Shown here: positions 30,308 to 39,517 of the stretch, piece by piece | Layout: each line of letters begins with the position of its first letter | Numbering within the stretch: the first letter of the stretch is position 1 | Origin: an uncultured bacterium | GTDB lineage: Bacteria; Zhuqueibacterota; QNDG01; DTFT01 | NCBI GenBank assembly: GCA_963736115.1 | Contig: CAVTNR010000012.1 | Coordinates: 92,147-156,146 of the forward strand | DNA: 64,000 nt | Reading direction: 5' to 3' | Program-made: the position numbers and the translations under genes | Notes under the pieces: model-generated | What the model was told of the DNA's origin: nothing | The model's input: the letters and a program-made list of their open reading frames with translations, nothing else | The model's database searches: none

Positions 30308-30820
30308 TCACGGAGCGACCTGAACCGGCACCTCCTTTTGATCCCAGAGCCGGCCCTTATCCGCGTAGTTGAAACAATGCCGCCGGACCAACTGGTGGTT
30401 CGCGGGGGAATATTCGAAATAGACGCTCCAGGTCCCGTTCCCCTGGCTCGAATGATCCGCGGCAGGCACATAAGCGATCACGGTCGCGGTCCATTCGCCC
30501 GGAATCGCGGGCAGCCACCGGATCCAGCGGCCCTGATTGAAAGTGCCGGATGCATTGGCCTTTTCGATGATCCCGGAATCATCCGAAGTGCTTCCCAGTG
30601 CCAGGTCCCAATGGTAATTGAGGCCGTCCGGGTATTCCGTCTCGCATGTGAGACGGACCGTATCTCCGGGAGATACATCGGTGCGATCCACGGTGACCCG
30701 GGTGATTTCGACCGGAACGGTATTGTTCGCATCGGAGTCGTTCGATTCAGTGGCGCTCTTCTTGCATGAAAGAAAAGTTAAAACTGAAAGGACGCAAATC
30801 ACCCCATTTAAAAATTTCAT
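30308..30820 (-). CDS. small lipoprotein, unknown function
   Basis: lipobox LSCKKS; 170 aa between the two duplicated loci. Confidence 0.5.
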   Translation of the reverse strand: MKFLNGVICVLSVLTFLSCKKSATESNDSDANNTVPVEITRVTVDRTDVSPGDTVRLTCETEYPDGLNYHWDLALGSTSDDSGIIEKANASGTFNQGRWIRWLPAIPGEWTATVIAYVPAADHSSQGNGTWSVYFEYSPANHQLVRRHCFNYADKGRLWDQKEVPVQVAP

Positions 30821-30927
30821 TGAACTGCCTCCGGATCTGAAATGGAGCGGAGATCCTCGCCCAGGGCATTGAGGCTCCGGGGGATCATGTGATCAGCCTG
30901 ACCCCGAAATCGGTTCGGGGACCGCTT

Positions 30928-32148
30928 TTATCTGAACATCCCGACCGGCGGCGGCGCCGGGCCGAAATCCGGTCCCATATCGATCCGGATCAGGTCTCCC
31001 TTGGTCCCGACGAGTTGGAGCATGTACGCATAGCGGCTGTTTCCCCGGACCAGCCGCTCCGCGCTCCCCTTGATGATGCCCTTGTACCAGGTGTCCAGTG
31101 TCCCGTCCGCCTTCATCAGCAGGATGGGGTCGGCCGCGTCCGTGGCCACGTACATGTCGCCCGAGGCCGAGAACATCACGTCCTTGAACGCAGCGGCTGA
31201 AAATACGCCTGAAGCGGCTCGGTCCAGCACCGTTTCCCTCGGCCCGAGCGTTCCGGCCGCGTCGAGTATCGCGTGGCGGTACACGGCCGCCTTCGGCTCA
31301 ACGGTGGCGTGCTCCGCCACCACGTACACATAATTTCCATTCACCCGTATCTTCTTCACATCGTGAGTGGCATAAACTCCGAGCGCCGCTGAAAACGTCC
31401 CGTCCGGATACGACACGTACAGGTCGGTGTTCTTGGCGGCCATATAAATGTTGCCGTTCGCGTCCGCGTCCCCGACCGTGAAGCGTTTCGGCGCCTTCGC
31501 GACCCATTCCGTTTCCACGCCGTCCACCGGGTTCACCTTCGAGATCTTCGCATTGTTGCTCAGCAGAACCAGGCTTTGGTCCGCGGCCGGAATCACGTCC
31601 GTCACGCCCCGGAGCGTCGATTCCATGAAAACACTCTGCGTGCCGTCCGAAGCCACCTTGAACGCCTTCATCAGGCCGGTTCGGAAAATGTAGATGTTCT
31701 CCGCCGCGTCTACCAGGATCGCGTTGTTGGCCGCGCCGTCGATGAAGCCGCCGTAGGGCTCCGCCACGACGTCGACCGGGTATCCTTCGAAGCTTCCGAC
31801 CTCCAGCGCGCCCAGGGTCACCACTTTCAGATTCAGCGTCCCGGATACCGCCGGCCGCCGGATCAGAAGGGAGGTGGCGGTCGCGGAAATGATCTCCGTC
31901 TTCGCGCCGTTGAAATACACCCGGTTGCTGTCCGGCACGGGCGAAAAACGGTCGCCGCGTATCGTGACGGTATTCACGCCTGCCGTTGCCCGGGCGGGTT
32001 CCAGACCGGTCACCGACGGCCCCAGTTTCGCGGCATGGTCCTGGTACCACATGGGCACGGGCGAGTCGTATTCGCATCCCGCCGCGGCGAGCAGAAGGAC
32101 CGCGCAGGCCGATGCCGGCAGGATCCAGCCGTATTGAAAGCGTTTCAT
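30928..32148 (-). CDS. IPT/TIG domain plus beta-propeller lipoprotein (copy 2)
   Basis: first 27 aa identical to copy 1, remainder paralogous. Confidence 0.6.
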   Translation of the reverse strand: MKRFQYGWILPASACAVLLLAAAGCEYDSPVPMWYQDHAAKLGPSVTGLEPARATAGVNTVTIRGDRFSPVPDSNRVYFNGAKTEIISATATSLLIRRPAVSGTLNLKVVTLGALEVGSFEGYPVDVVAEPYGGFIDGAANNAILVDAAENIYIFRTGLMKAFKVASDGTQSVFMESTLRGVTDVIPAADQSLVLLSNNAKISKVNPVDGVETEWVAKAPKRFTVGDADANGNIYMAAKNTDLYVSYPDGTFSAALGVYATHDVKKIRVNGNYVYVVAEHATVEPKAAVYRHAILDAAGTLGPRETVLDRAASGVFSAAAFKDVMFSASGDMYVATDAADPILLMKADGTLDTWYKGIIKGSAERLVRGNSRYAYMLQLVGTKGDLIRIDMGPDFGPAPPPVGMFR

Positions 32149-32163
32149 CTCATTCTCCTTGCC

Positions 32164-33180
32164 TTAGAGGGAAAAGCGCGCCGTCATGCGCTGGACCTTG
32201 TCAAACACCCCGAACGGCGTCATCGCGTAGTCGAACGACGCCCCGTAGCGCCGCACGCCCAGGCCGAACGTGAATCCGTCCTCGACGTTGTTCGACACGT
32301 AACCGCCGCGCACCAGAAGCGTCTTCAGAAGACCGTATTCCACCCCCACCTTCAACTGCTCCGGGTGGTCCCGGTGATGGCTCGCGTCCACGCTCACCAG
32401 AAGGCTCTGGTCCAGAGGCAGGTCCTCCACCAGGTCCAGAACGTCCATCGAGATCCCCAGGTTGAACACCAGCGGAAGCTGGAATCCCTCCTCCACGTAC
32501 TCGATCTCCGTCGAAAAGTTCCGAACCGACATGCCGAACACCAGGCTCTTGAAGCCCGTCTTGAACTGCGTCCCGAAGTCAAACGCCATCGGCGTCAGGC
32601 TGTTTTTCACCGTCACCGCCGTCGTATCCAGCGCCGCAGAAACCCGGGGCACCACGCTCTCGCCCAGGTCCTGGTGAACCCAGCGGACCTGGCCGCCCAC
32701 GCTGAAACGGTCCGTCAGACGCTTCGCGTATCCCACGCCCGCCGCCCACGCGCTCAGCTGGAACTTCCCCGTGTCACGGAATCCGTCCGGAGCGGTCTTG
32801 TCCACCACCGTCCCGTAAAAATCCCCGTAGTCCACGTTCTGGAAGCTCACGCCCAGCACCCCCCACTCCCCCTTCGCCGGGCTCAGCGTCAACGCCACCG
32901 CGTTGTGCTTGATGTCCGCGATCCACGTGTTCTGGCTCGCGCTCACGTCCACGAACACGCCCTGGTTCGCCATGCCCGCGGGGTTGAAGAACAATGACGA
33001 AGACCCCGCCTCCAGGCTCGTCAGCGCCTCGGCCATAGCCGCGCCGCGCGCGTCCGACACCACGCTCAAAAACTGAAATCCCGTCTGCGCCAGCTTCTTG
33101 TTCCCCGCCTCCGCTCCGGACCCGAAACCAAGCACGCCCAGGCAGAGAACGCAGATTCCGATTTGATTGCTCTTGTTCAT
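32164..33180 (-). CDS. PorV/PorQ family protein (copy 2, 100% identical to copy 1)
   Basis: identical 338-aa ORF. Confidence 0.6.
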   Translation of the reverse strand: MNKSNQIGICVLCLGVLGFGSGAEAGNKKLAQTGFQFLSVVSDARGAAMAEALTSLEAGSSSLFFNPAGMANQGVFVDVSASQNTWIADIKHNAVALTLSPAKGEWGVLGVSFQNVDYGDFYGTVVDKTAPDGFRDTGKFQLSAWAAGVGYAKRLTDRFSVGGQVRWVHQDLGESVVPRVSAALDTTAVTVKNSLTPMAFDFGTQFKTGFKSLVFGMSVRNFSTEIEYVEEGFQLPLVFNLGISMDVLDLVEDLPLDQSLLVSVDASHHRDHPEQLKVGVEYGLLKTLLVRGGYVSNNVEDGFTFGLGVRRYGASFDYAMTPFGVFDKVQRMTARFSL

Positions 33181-33196
33181 CTCTCGTCTCCTTGCC

Positions 33197-35383
33197 TTAG
33201 CGTATGACCACGAACTTCCGGATCACCGATTCCCCTTTACTGAACCCCGCCCCGTCCTCCGTCACCTCCACGTACAGCAGGTAGATGCCGCTCACGATGA
33301 TCTGGCGCGACGATGTCATCGAATCCCACAGCTCGTCGCCCGCGCCGTTCGTGTGCTCTTTTGACCAGACCAGGTCGCCCCGCTCCGTGTACACCCGCAC
33401 CTTGCACCGCGGCGGCAGGCCGTAGAACGCGATGCGGTCGTACTGCGACTCGTCCCCGAACTGGAACATCCGCGACCGCAGGTCGTAGGGGTTCGGCACC
33501 ACGCGCACGCCTTCGAGGCTGGTGCCCGCCGGTCTTCGGAGGTTCGCGGGCACATTCGTGAGGGTCCAGAACAGGCCGCTCAGCAGCGGCTGGCCGGGCT
33601 GCACGTCGTTCTGGGTTCCGTCGTCCTTTGACTGAACGGCGTAGAAGTAGTCGAATCCGCGGACCGCGGTCGTATCATCCCAGGTATGAACCGCGTCGCC
33701 GGCTCCGCACTCGAACACCTTCTCGTACACGGCCTTCGGATCCATCACGTTTCCCTGGGACCGGATCACGACGTATCCGCCGAAATGGGGATCGGCCGCG
33801 GCATTGCCGTTCCACGACAGCCGGATGCGGTCGCCGCCCGACTCCACCTTGAACCACGACGGCGGGGGCGGCGGCTGGGGAATCGCGTACCCGGACAGGA
33901 AGGCCGTCCGGGCGCGCTGGAAGGTCTGCAGGAGGGAATCGCGGCCCGTCTGCACCCAGGCGCGCTTGTACGCGGTGTGGTCGGTAGTCGACGCGCCGTC
34001 GGGCATGACGAGCGCCGGCGCCCCCGTTCCCTTGTAGACCTGCAGCCAGTTGCCGCCGACCTCGCGGTTCTTCTCGCGGCTCAGACCCGCGACCCCCTGG
34101 ACCAGAACGACGCGGATGCTGTCCCCGTCGTTCAGGTCGTACGGACCGAAGCCCTGGGTGTTGGCGTACCCGCCGACGCCGCTGCCCCATTCGTTGGCCG
34201 GCGTTCCGGATTCTTCGATGTCCTGCGCCTGCGTCTTCTCGGCGTGCCCCTTGATCATGAAGGCATAGCGCTTGGCCATGAACGTCTCGTCGTAAATGGA
34301 CTGGGAAGTCGTGCGCTGGGAGATGTCCTCGTCGCTGTTGACATAATGAGTGGTCCGGGGCTGGGTCGGGTCGTCCGCCGGATTGCCGGGCGCCGTGTCG
34401 ACGTGCAGGGCCGCCTGGCCGACGTACCGGGCCGCGGCCATGATGCCGGTGCCCTGTTCGTCCGGACAGCCCCAGTCATCCTCGAGGGACACGGGCCTCT
34501 CCGAATGCGGGCCGTACCAGGCGATATTGGCGCGCATGCGGTACGCCAGGGAATTCGGATCATTGAACGCATCGGCTTCGGGGTTCGTGCCGATCACGTC
34601 ATTCACCAGGTTGCGTCCGTAGCTCGAGTTCCCCACGCCCCAGGTCCGGTCGGTCGAATTCTCCGGAACGGATTCGCCGGCCAGGGCGTAGCGGTTGAGC
34701 AGCATGAACCAGAATCCCTTCACCGGCTGTTTGACCACCGTTCCGGCGCCGTCGATGACGCCGGTGTTCTTCAGGGTGTAGTCGTATATGTAGTAATTGT
34801 CGTTGTACTGCTGGGTGTAGACGTAGACCTTCTTCGTGACCGTCACGCCGACCGGCGTGTGGTTCTTCACGACCAGCATCCGGTCCGCATTCAGGTCCGG
34901 GTCGATCTCGTCCAGCACGTCGTACAGGTTGTTGTGGTTGGCGAGCTGGTCGTCGACGGACACGACGGGGTGGTCGAAGCGGCCCACCAGCCGGAAGTCG
35001 ACGGCATTTGGGATCGGCCGGCCCGCGGGATATTCGTTCGGCTTCATCCCGATGTTCGTGACGGCGTAGGCGAACACCTTGTCGACGGGCGCCTCGTAGT
35101 AGTCTGCACATCCCAGCCACATGCCGCGCGCGCGCAGGGTCGCCTGCACCAGGCCGTACTGCGCGGGCCAGGAGAAACGGTTGTTGTACTGGTTGTCGCC
35201 GCCGGTCTCCGGCTCGCATCCGTGCTCGGAGAAATAGCCGTGCAGCGCGTTGACGCGCAGCCATTTCATCTGCTGGGACCAGCCGATATACTGGCCGCCC
35301 TGTCCGAGCAGGGGGCGGAACGGCAGGAGCAGGGCCGCCGCGGTCAGGGCGGGGATTATCCGGTGGATGTTCATGTTCTTCAT
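33197..35383 (-). CDS. secreted surface protein with T9SS-type C-terminal domain (copy 2)
   Basis: signal peptide MKNMNIHRIIPALTAAALLL; conserved NRFSWPAQYG block; last 105 aa identical to copy 1. Confidence 0.6.
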   Translation of the reverse strand: MKNMNIHRIIPALTAAALLLPFRPLLGQGGQYIGWSQQMKWLRVNALHGYFSEHGCEPETGGDNQYNNRFSWPAQYGLVQATLRARGMWLGCADYYEAPVDKVFAYAVTNIGMKPNEYPAGRPIPNAVDFRLVGRFDHPVVSVDDQLANHNNLYDVLDEIDPDLNADRMLVVKNHTPVGVTVTKKVYVYTQQYNDNYYIYDYTLKNTGVIDGAGTVVKQPVKGFWFMLLNRYALAGESVPENSTDRTWGVGNSSYGRNLVNDVIGTNPEADAFNDPNSLAYRMRANIAWYGPHSERPVSLEDDWGCPDEQGTGIMAAARYVGQAALHVDTAPGNPADDPTQPRTTHYVNSDEDISQRTTSQSIYDETFMAKRYAFMIKGHAEKTQAQDIEESGTPANEWGSGVGGYANTQGFGPYDLNDGDSIRVVLVQGVAGLSREKNREVGGNWLQVYKGTGAPALVMPDGASTTDHTAYKRAWVQTGRDSLLQTFQRARTAFLSGYAIPQPPPPPSWFKVESGGDRIRLSWNGNAAADPHFGGYVVIRSQGNVMDPKAVYEKVFECGAGDAVHTWDDTTAVRGFDYFYAVQSKDDGTQNDVQPGQPLLSGLFWTLTNVPANLRRPAGTSLEGVRVVPNPYDLRSRMFQFGDESQYDRIAFYGLPPRCKVRVYTERGDLVWSKEHTNGAGDELWDSMTSSRQIIVSGIYLLYVEVTEDGAGFSKGESVIRKFVVIR

Positions 35384-35408
35384 GATCGGCCTCACGGTCG
35401 TTTGGGGA

Positions 35409-38400
35409 TTATCGCAGGTCCAGGGTCATCCGCACGCCGAAAAAGACCTGTCGCGGATTCAGGAACGTGAACGACGTCACGGCCGGCATGTCGATGTAGG
35501 CCTTGTCGTCCAGTATCCGGTTCAGGCGGCTCTGGCCGACATCGGCCCATGCGCCACCGGCGTACTCGACGGTCCGCCCGGTGCTCCGGTCGTAATAGAT
35601 GACCCCGGGATCTCCCGTGTCGGAGGCGTAGTTGATCGTTCCGCGTCCGAACATCGGCTGGTACGCCACGCCCCGTCTCCGGTATTCCCCGATACGGTCG
35701 TTGCCCGGAATGTTGTCATAGGCCTTGCTCTTCGGCAGGTGCAGGCTGTTGTAGTACAGGTCTCGGTCGCTCGCCTTGCCCCCGAAGTTCGCGAGCGACA
35801 TGCGCTTCAGGTTGAACAGGTTCTCGACGTCCGCGAAGGCTTCCATGCGCACGCTCCCGAACCGGACGCTCTTGCTCAGCCGGAGAACCGACGTATAGAC
35901 GGCCTTCCTCTGCACGTTGTAGGAGAGGGACCGGATCTGCTTGGGGTTCCAGGTCTCCCACGCCCCCGCCTGCCATCCGAGCAGGACATTGGCCAGAAAG
36001 CCGCTCATCGGGTGGCCGCCCAGCAGGCGCGGGCCGAATCCGGACGGCGAGACCAGCGAGACATTGACCCGCGCGTAGGGACGGGGCGTCGGCCTGTCCT
36101 GGTAGAGGTTGACCGTGGACTCGTCGTACTCCCGCTGCAGGGACGGATCCTCGTAGATCTGTTCGCGGCCGAAGTGCCCGGATGTGGTCACCTGGTATGT
36201 GTAATTGCCGAAGAAGGTCCACCACCGCCCCCGGTTCTTCCGGAGCGTGAGCTCAAAGCCGCGGATGTCCTCGTAGCTGTTGCTCGTGGACCGCTGGTAG
36301 GAAACGCCGCCGACCGACAGGTACTGGGTGGCGTTCTGCTGGTCGCTGATGTCGTGGTAGAAGGCGGCGACCTGGGCCAGCAGCGCGTTGTCCAGAAGCG
36401 CGTAATCGAATCCGAGTTCGTACGAGATCGTCCTGGCGAGAATCAGGTCCGGGTCGCCGAACAGGGTCAGCATGTGGTCGTTGGAACGGCCGATCCGGAA
36501 AAGTGATTCATAGGACGGCATCTGCTTGAAGTGGCCGTAATTGAAGAACAGTTTGGAATTCTCCGTGATGGGATGCGAGATCCCGAGCCTGGGGCTGAGC
36601 TGCCACTGGGCCCGCGTCTTCTTCATGGGAAATTCCATGTCCTCGCTGTACAGCCGCGTGAAGAAGGTCGCGTTGTACGGGTCCACGTTCCACCACTCGG
36701 CGTTCGAGTTGCTGACATCGAGCCGGAGTCCCGCGTTCATGATGAAGCCCTTGGTTTCGAGCTTGTCCTGCACGTAGGCGGCGGCGCGGTAGGGAAACTG
36801 ATTCATCCGGACGCGCACGTCGTATGAATCGGCGAAATAATTGGAAACGGTGCCGTAGTCGAACCGCAGGTCATTGTACGTGAATTCGACGCCCGCCTTG
36901 ACCAGGTTGGCGAAATTGACCTGGCTGGTCATGTCGGCCTTCAGCGTGGTGGAGGCGGTGCGGGTGTTGTCGCGCTGTTTGCAGGTGAACCCCCCGAACA
37001 CCATGCCCGATATGCCGAGCTGGTCGTCCGGGTTGTACCCGAACGGCGCCTCGTCCACGAAATAGCCCGGTACGATCTCGGTTGTCCTCGACGTGTCGCG
37101 CAGTGTGCCTTTCCGGGCCCAGTAGTTGCGGGCGAAACGCTCCAGGGAAACCTCGTAGAACGTTTTCGGATTCAGCGCGTGCGTGAACTTGGCGGACAGG
37201 TTCTGATGGCTGATGTCGGTCGGGCTGAAAATGCCCGTCCCGAACAGGGAGGAGTGGCTGTTGCCGATCACCGAGGCGATCGTGGCGGCGTCGCGGACGT
37301 AAAAGGGCGCCCAGTTCTGCATCATGGTGTACTGCTTGCCGATCAGCCCGGTGACCACCAGGTGCATGGCGGGAGACAGGTCCGTCGTGAGCTTCATGGA
37401 CCAGTCGTAGTCGACATAATCGGGCCGGCTCAGGGGCACCACGAGCATGCTGCGGTTCCGGCGGTAGGAGGTGAAGAAGCGGAGATTGCCCAGCGGCCTG
37501 CCGATGAGCGGAATCAGCCCCCCGAAACCCGCGTCGATGTTGTAATCCTGCTGGTCGTACACCGGCTTCTTGCGGGTCTCCCACATGTACACGCGCTGGG
37601 CGCCGAACGGCGACAGGTCGTTGGTCGGGTCGGAATCGCTCATCAGCCGTTCCGAGATGGCGTTCCATCCCTCGAAATCGGGGTACTGGAGGCGGGTGTA
37701 CTTGTCCCATCCCGTCCACCGGCCGTCCCCGTTCATGTCGGTGTAGGTTTCGCCGGCCTGCCAGTTCGCGTCGCCGTTCCCGTCCGTGAAAGGCTCGCCC
37801 GCGGTTCCCATCCAGCAGACCTCGTCGTCGAAATACGGCTTGAGGAAGAAGCCGTTCCGGTCGAACGGCGAGATTCCGAAGTTCTTCATGCCCGGCGGCG
37901 AGATCTTGAATTCCACGCTTCCCTGGTATCCCGATTTGCCGCCCTCCCGAGTGACCACGTTCACGATGCCCGAGCGGACCTGGCCGTACTCGGCGTTGAA
38001 TCCGCCGCGCTCGATCGAGATCTCCTTGATGGCGGACAGCGGGATGCTGGACACGGGCGAGTTGTTCCGCGGGTCGCGCAGGGTGATGCCGTCCATGAGA
38101 ATGAGGGCCTCATCCGCGCCGGCGCCGCGGATCTGGAATCCGCCCTGGATGCCGGCCTGGAGGGACACCACGTTCTCGACGTTCGAGACCGGCAGTTCCC
38201 GCACTTCCTCAGCGGACACGGCCGTGACGCTGGTCGCGACGTCCGGCCGGACGGCCTCGCGCTTCGCGGCCACGGTGACGGCCTCTCCCTTGAGCACCTC
38301 CTGCTTCATCTTCAGATCCACGCGCGCGGTCTGGTCGATCAGGACCCGGACGTCCTCCACGGAAGTCCGGGCGTATCCCATGAGCGAGATGACCACGGTG

Positions 38401-38627
38401 ACCGTTCCCGGCGGCACTTCCAGAATCGTGTAATTGCCGTCCAGGTCCGTCGCCGCTCCGAGAGCCAGACCCTGAACCATCACATTGGCCCCGGGCAGGG
38501 GAGCTCCGGTTTTTCCGTCGACAATGGTTCCTGCGATTTTTCCCCGGGTGCCGGAGACGGCCGGAACCGACAGGACGGCCGCGCAGAACAGGATCCATCC
38601 CAAGATCCGGTGTTCAGCAGTTTTCAT
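35409..38627 (-). CDS. SusC/RagA-like TonB-dependent receptor (copy 2)
   Basis: ATG 38627 with GGAGG RBS; same domain order as copy 1, roughly 55-60% identical by eye. Confidence 0.8.
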   Translation of the reverse strand: MKTAEHRILGWILFCAAVLSVPAVSGTRGKIAGTIVDGKTGAPLPGANVMVQGLALGAATDLDGNYTILEVPPGTVTVVISLMGYARTSVEDVRVLIDQTARVDLKMKQEVLKGEAVTVAAKREAVRPDVATSVTAVSAEEVRELPVSNVENVVSLQAGIQGGFQIRGAGADEALILMDGITLRDPRNNSPVSSIPLSAIKEISIERGGFNAEYGQVRSGIVNVVTREGGKSGYQGSVEFKISPPGMKNFGISPFDRNGFFLKPYFDDEVCWMGTAGEPFTDGNGDANWQAGETYTDMNGDGRWTGWDKYTRLQYPDFEGWNAISERLMSDSDPTNDLSPFGAQRVYMWETRKKPVYDQQDYNIDAGFGGLIPLIGRPLGNLRFFTSYRRNRSMLVVPLSRPDYVDYDWSMKLTTDLSPAMHLVVTGLIGKQYTMMQNWAPFYVRDAATIASVIGNSHSSLFGTGIFSPTDISHQNLSAKFTHALNPKTFYEVSLERFARNYWARKGTLRDTSRTTEIVPGYFVDEAPFGYNPDDQLGISGMVFGGFTCKQRDNTRTASTTLKADMTSQVNFANLVKAGVEFTYNDLRFDYGTVSNYFADSYDVRVRMNQFPYRAAAYVQDKLETKGFIMNAGLRLDVSNSNAEWWNVDPYNATFFTRLYSEDMEFPMKKTRAQWQLSPRLGISHPITENSKLFFNYGHFKQMPSYESLFRIGRSNDHMLTLFGDPDLILARTISYELGFDYALLDNALLAQVAAFYHDISDQQNATQYLSVGGVSYQRSTSNSYEDIRGFELTLRKNRGRWWTFFGNYTYQVTTSGHFGREQIYEDPSLQREYDESTVNLYQDRPTPRPYARVNVSLVSPSGFGPRLLGGHPMSGFLANVLLGWQAGAWETWNPKQIRSLSYNVQRKAVYTSVLRLSKSVRFGSVRMEAFADVENLFNLKRMSLANFGGKASDRDLYYNSLHLPKSKAYDNIPGNDRIGEYRRRGVAYQPMFGRGTINYASDTGDPGVIYYDRSTGRTVEYAGGAWADVGQSRLNRILDDKAYIDMPAVTSFTFLNPRQVFFGVRMTLDLR

Positions 38628-39517
38628 GTCAACCTCCAGACAAAATGCGTCCACGGTATTGCTTGTTCATTGAAAAGACGAATGGTTGTATCCGTCTGTG
38701 ACTGACTCTCTCGCGTAAGTCGATCTACCGACAGAATACGCTCAAGGCGCTCCTCTGTCATGATTATTTCCGATAATGAATGAAATAACTGCGCTGGACA
38801 GGATACGAAAGATAATTTGTACGGAATTTTTGAAAATCAGGAACCGAAATACGGTCTTCGGGAATGTCGCGACCCTCAGCAATCCAACAGTTTGTTTCCA
38901 TTCGCATGGGTTCTCCGGATGCCGGGTGCAGATGAATGGAACTCGTCCTATTACAGTAAACGTTAACGATAACGCCGAAAACCGGTTCTTCAGGCGTCCG
39001 GATCAGAGATGAATATGTGTTTCGCTATTTATCGAAAGGAATGGTTCGAATAAGATACAACTTTTTATCCCGAATGCAAGTTGTTTTCATTTTTTACTAA
39101 ACCGCTCCATCAGCCGGATCCTGAAAACGCGAAAATGACCGGAAATCGGCCATGCCCGGACATCCCATTCATGCTTCTACGGCGCGTTCATTCCGCACCT
39201 GTCTTATCCGTTGGTCCGGCAGCAGGGCTGTTGCATTTCCCAGCTAAGAGTATTCACCCCCCAAATGACAAACCTTTCAATCGGGCGGCCAGAAGCCTGG
39301 TCATTCCGGTTCCAGTTTTTCTGAATGATCGGAGATTGGGCTTCTGGCCGCTCCGACGGGTCGGCTTCTCGGCCTCTTTCGGGGTCCATCATCCAAGTTT
39401 CTTGCGATACTCCGCTGCTGACGGCAGGGTCCTTCAATATTTTATAGTGGCATTTTTTTGAAATTTGTTTTAACTTGAAATAGCGAAGAATCCCTCTTCC
39501 CTCAAAGGAGCCGCCCG

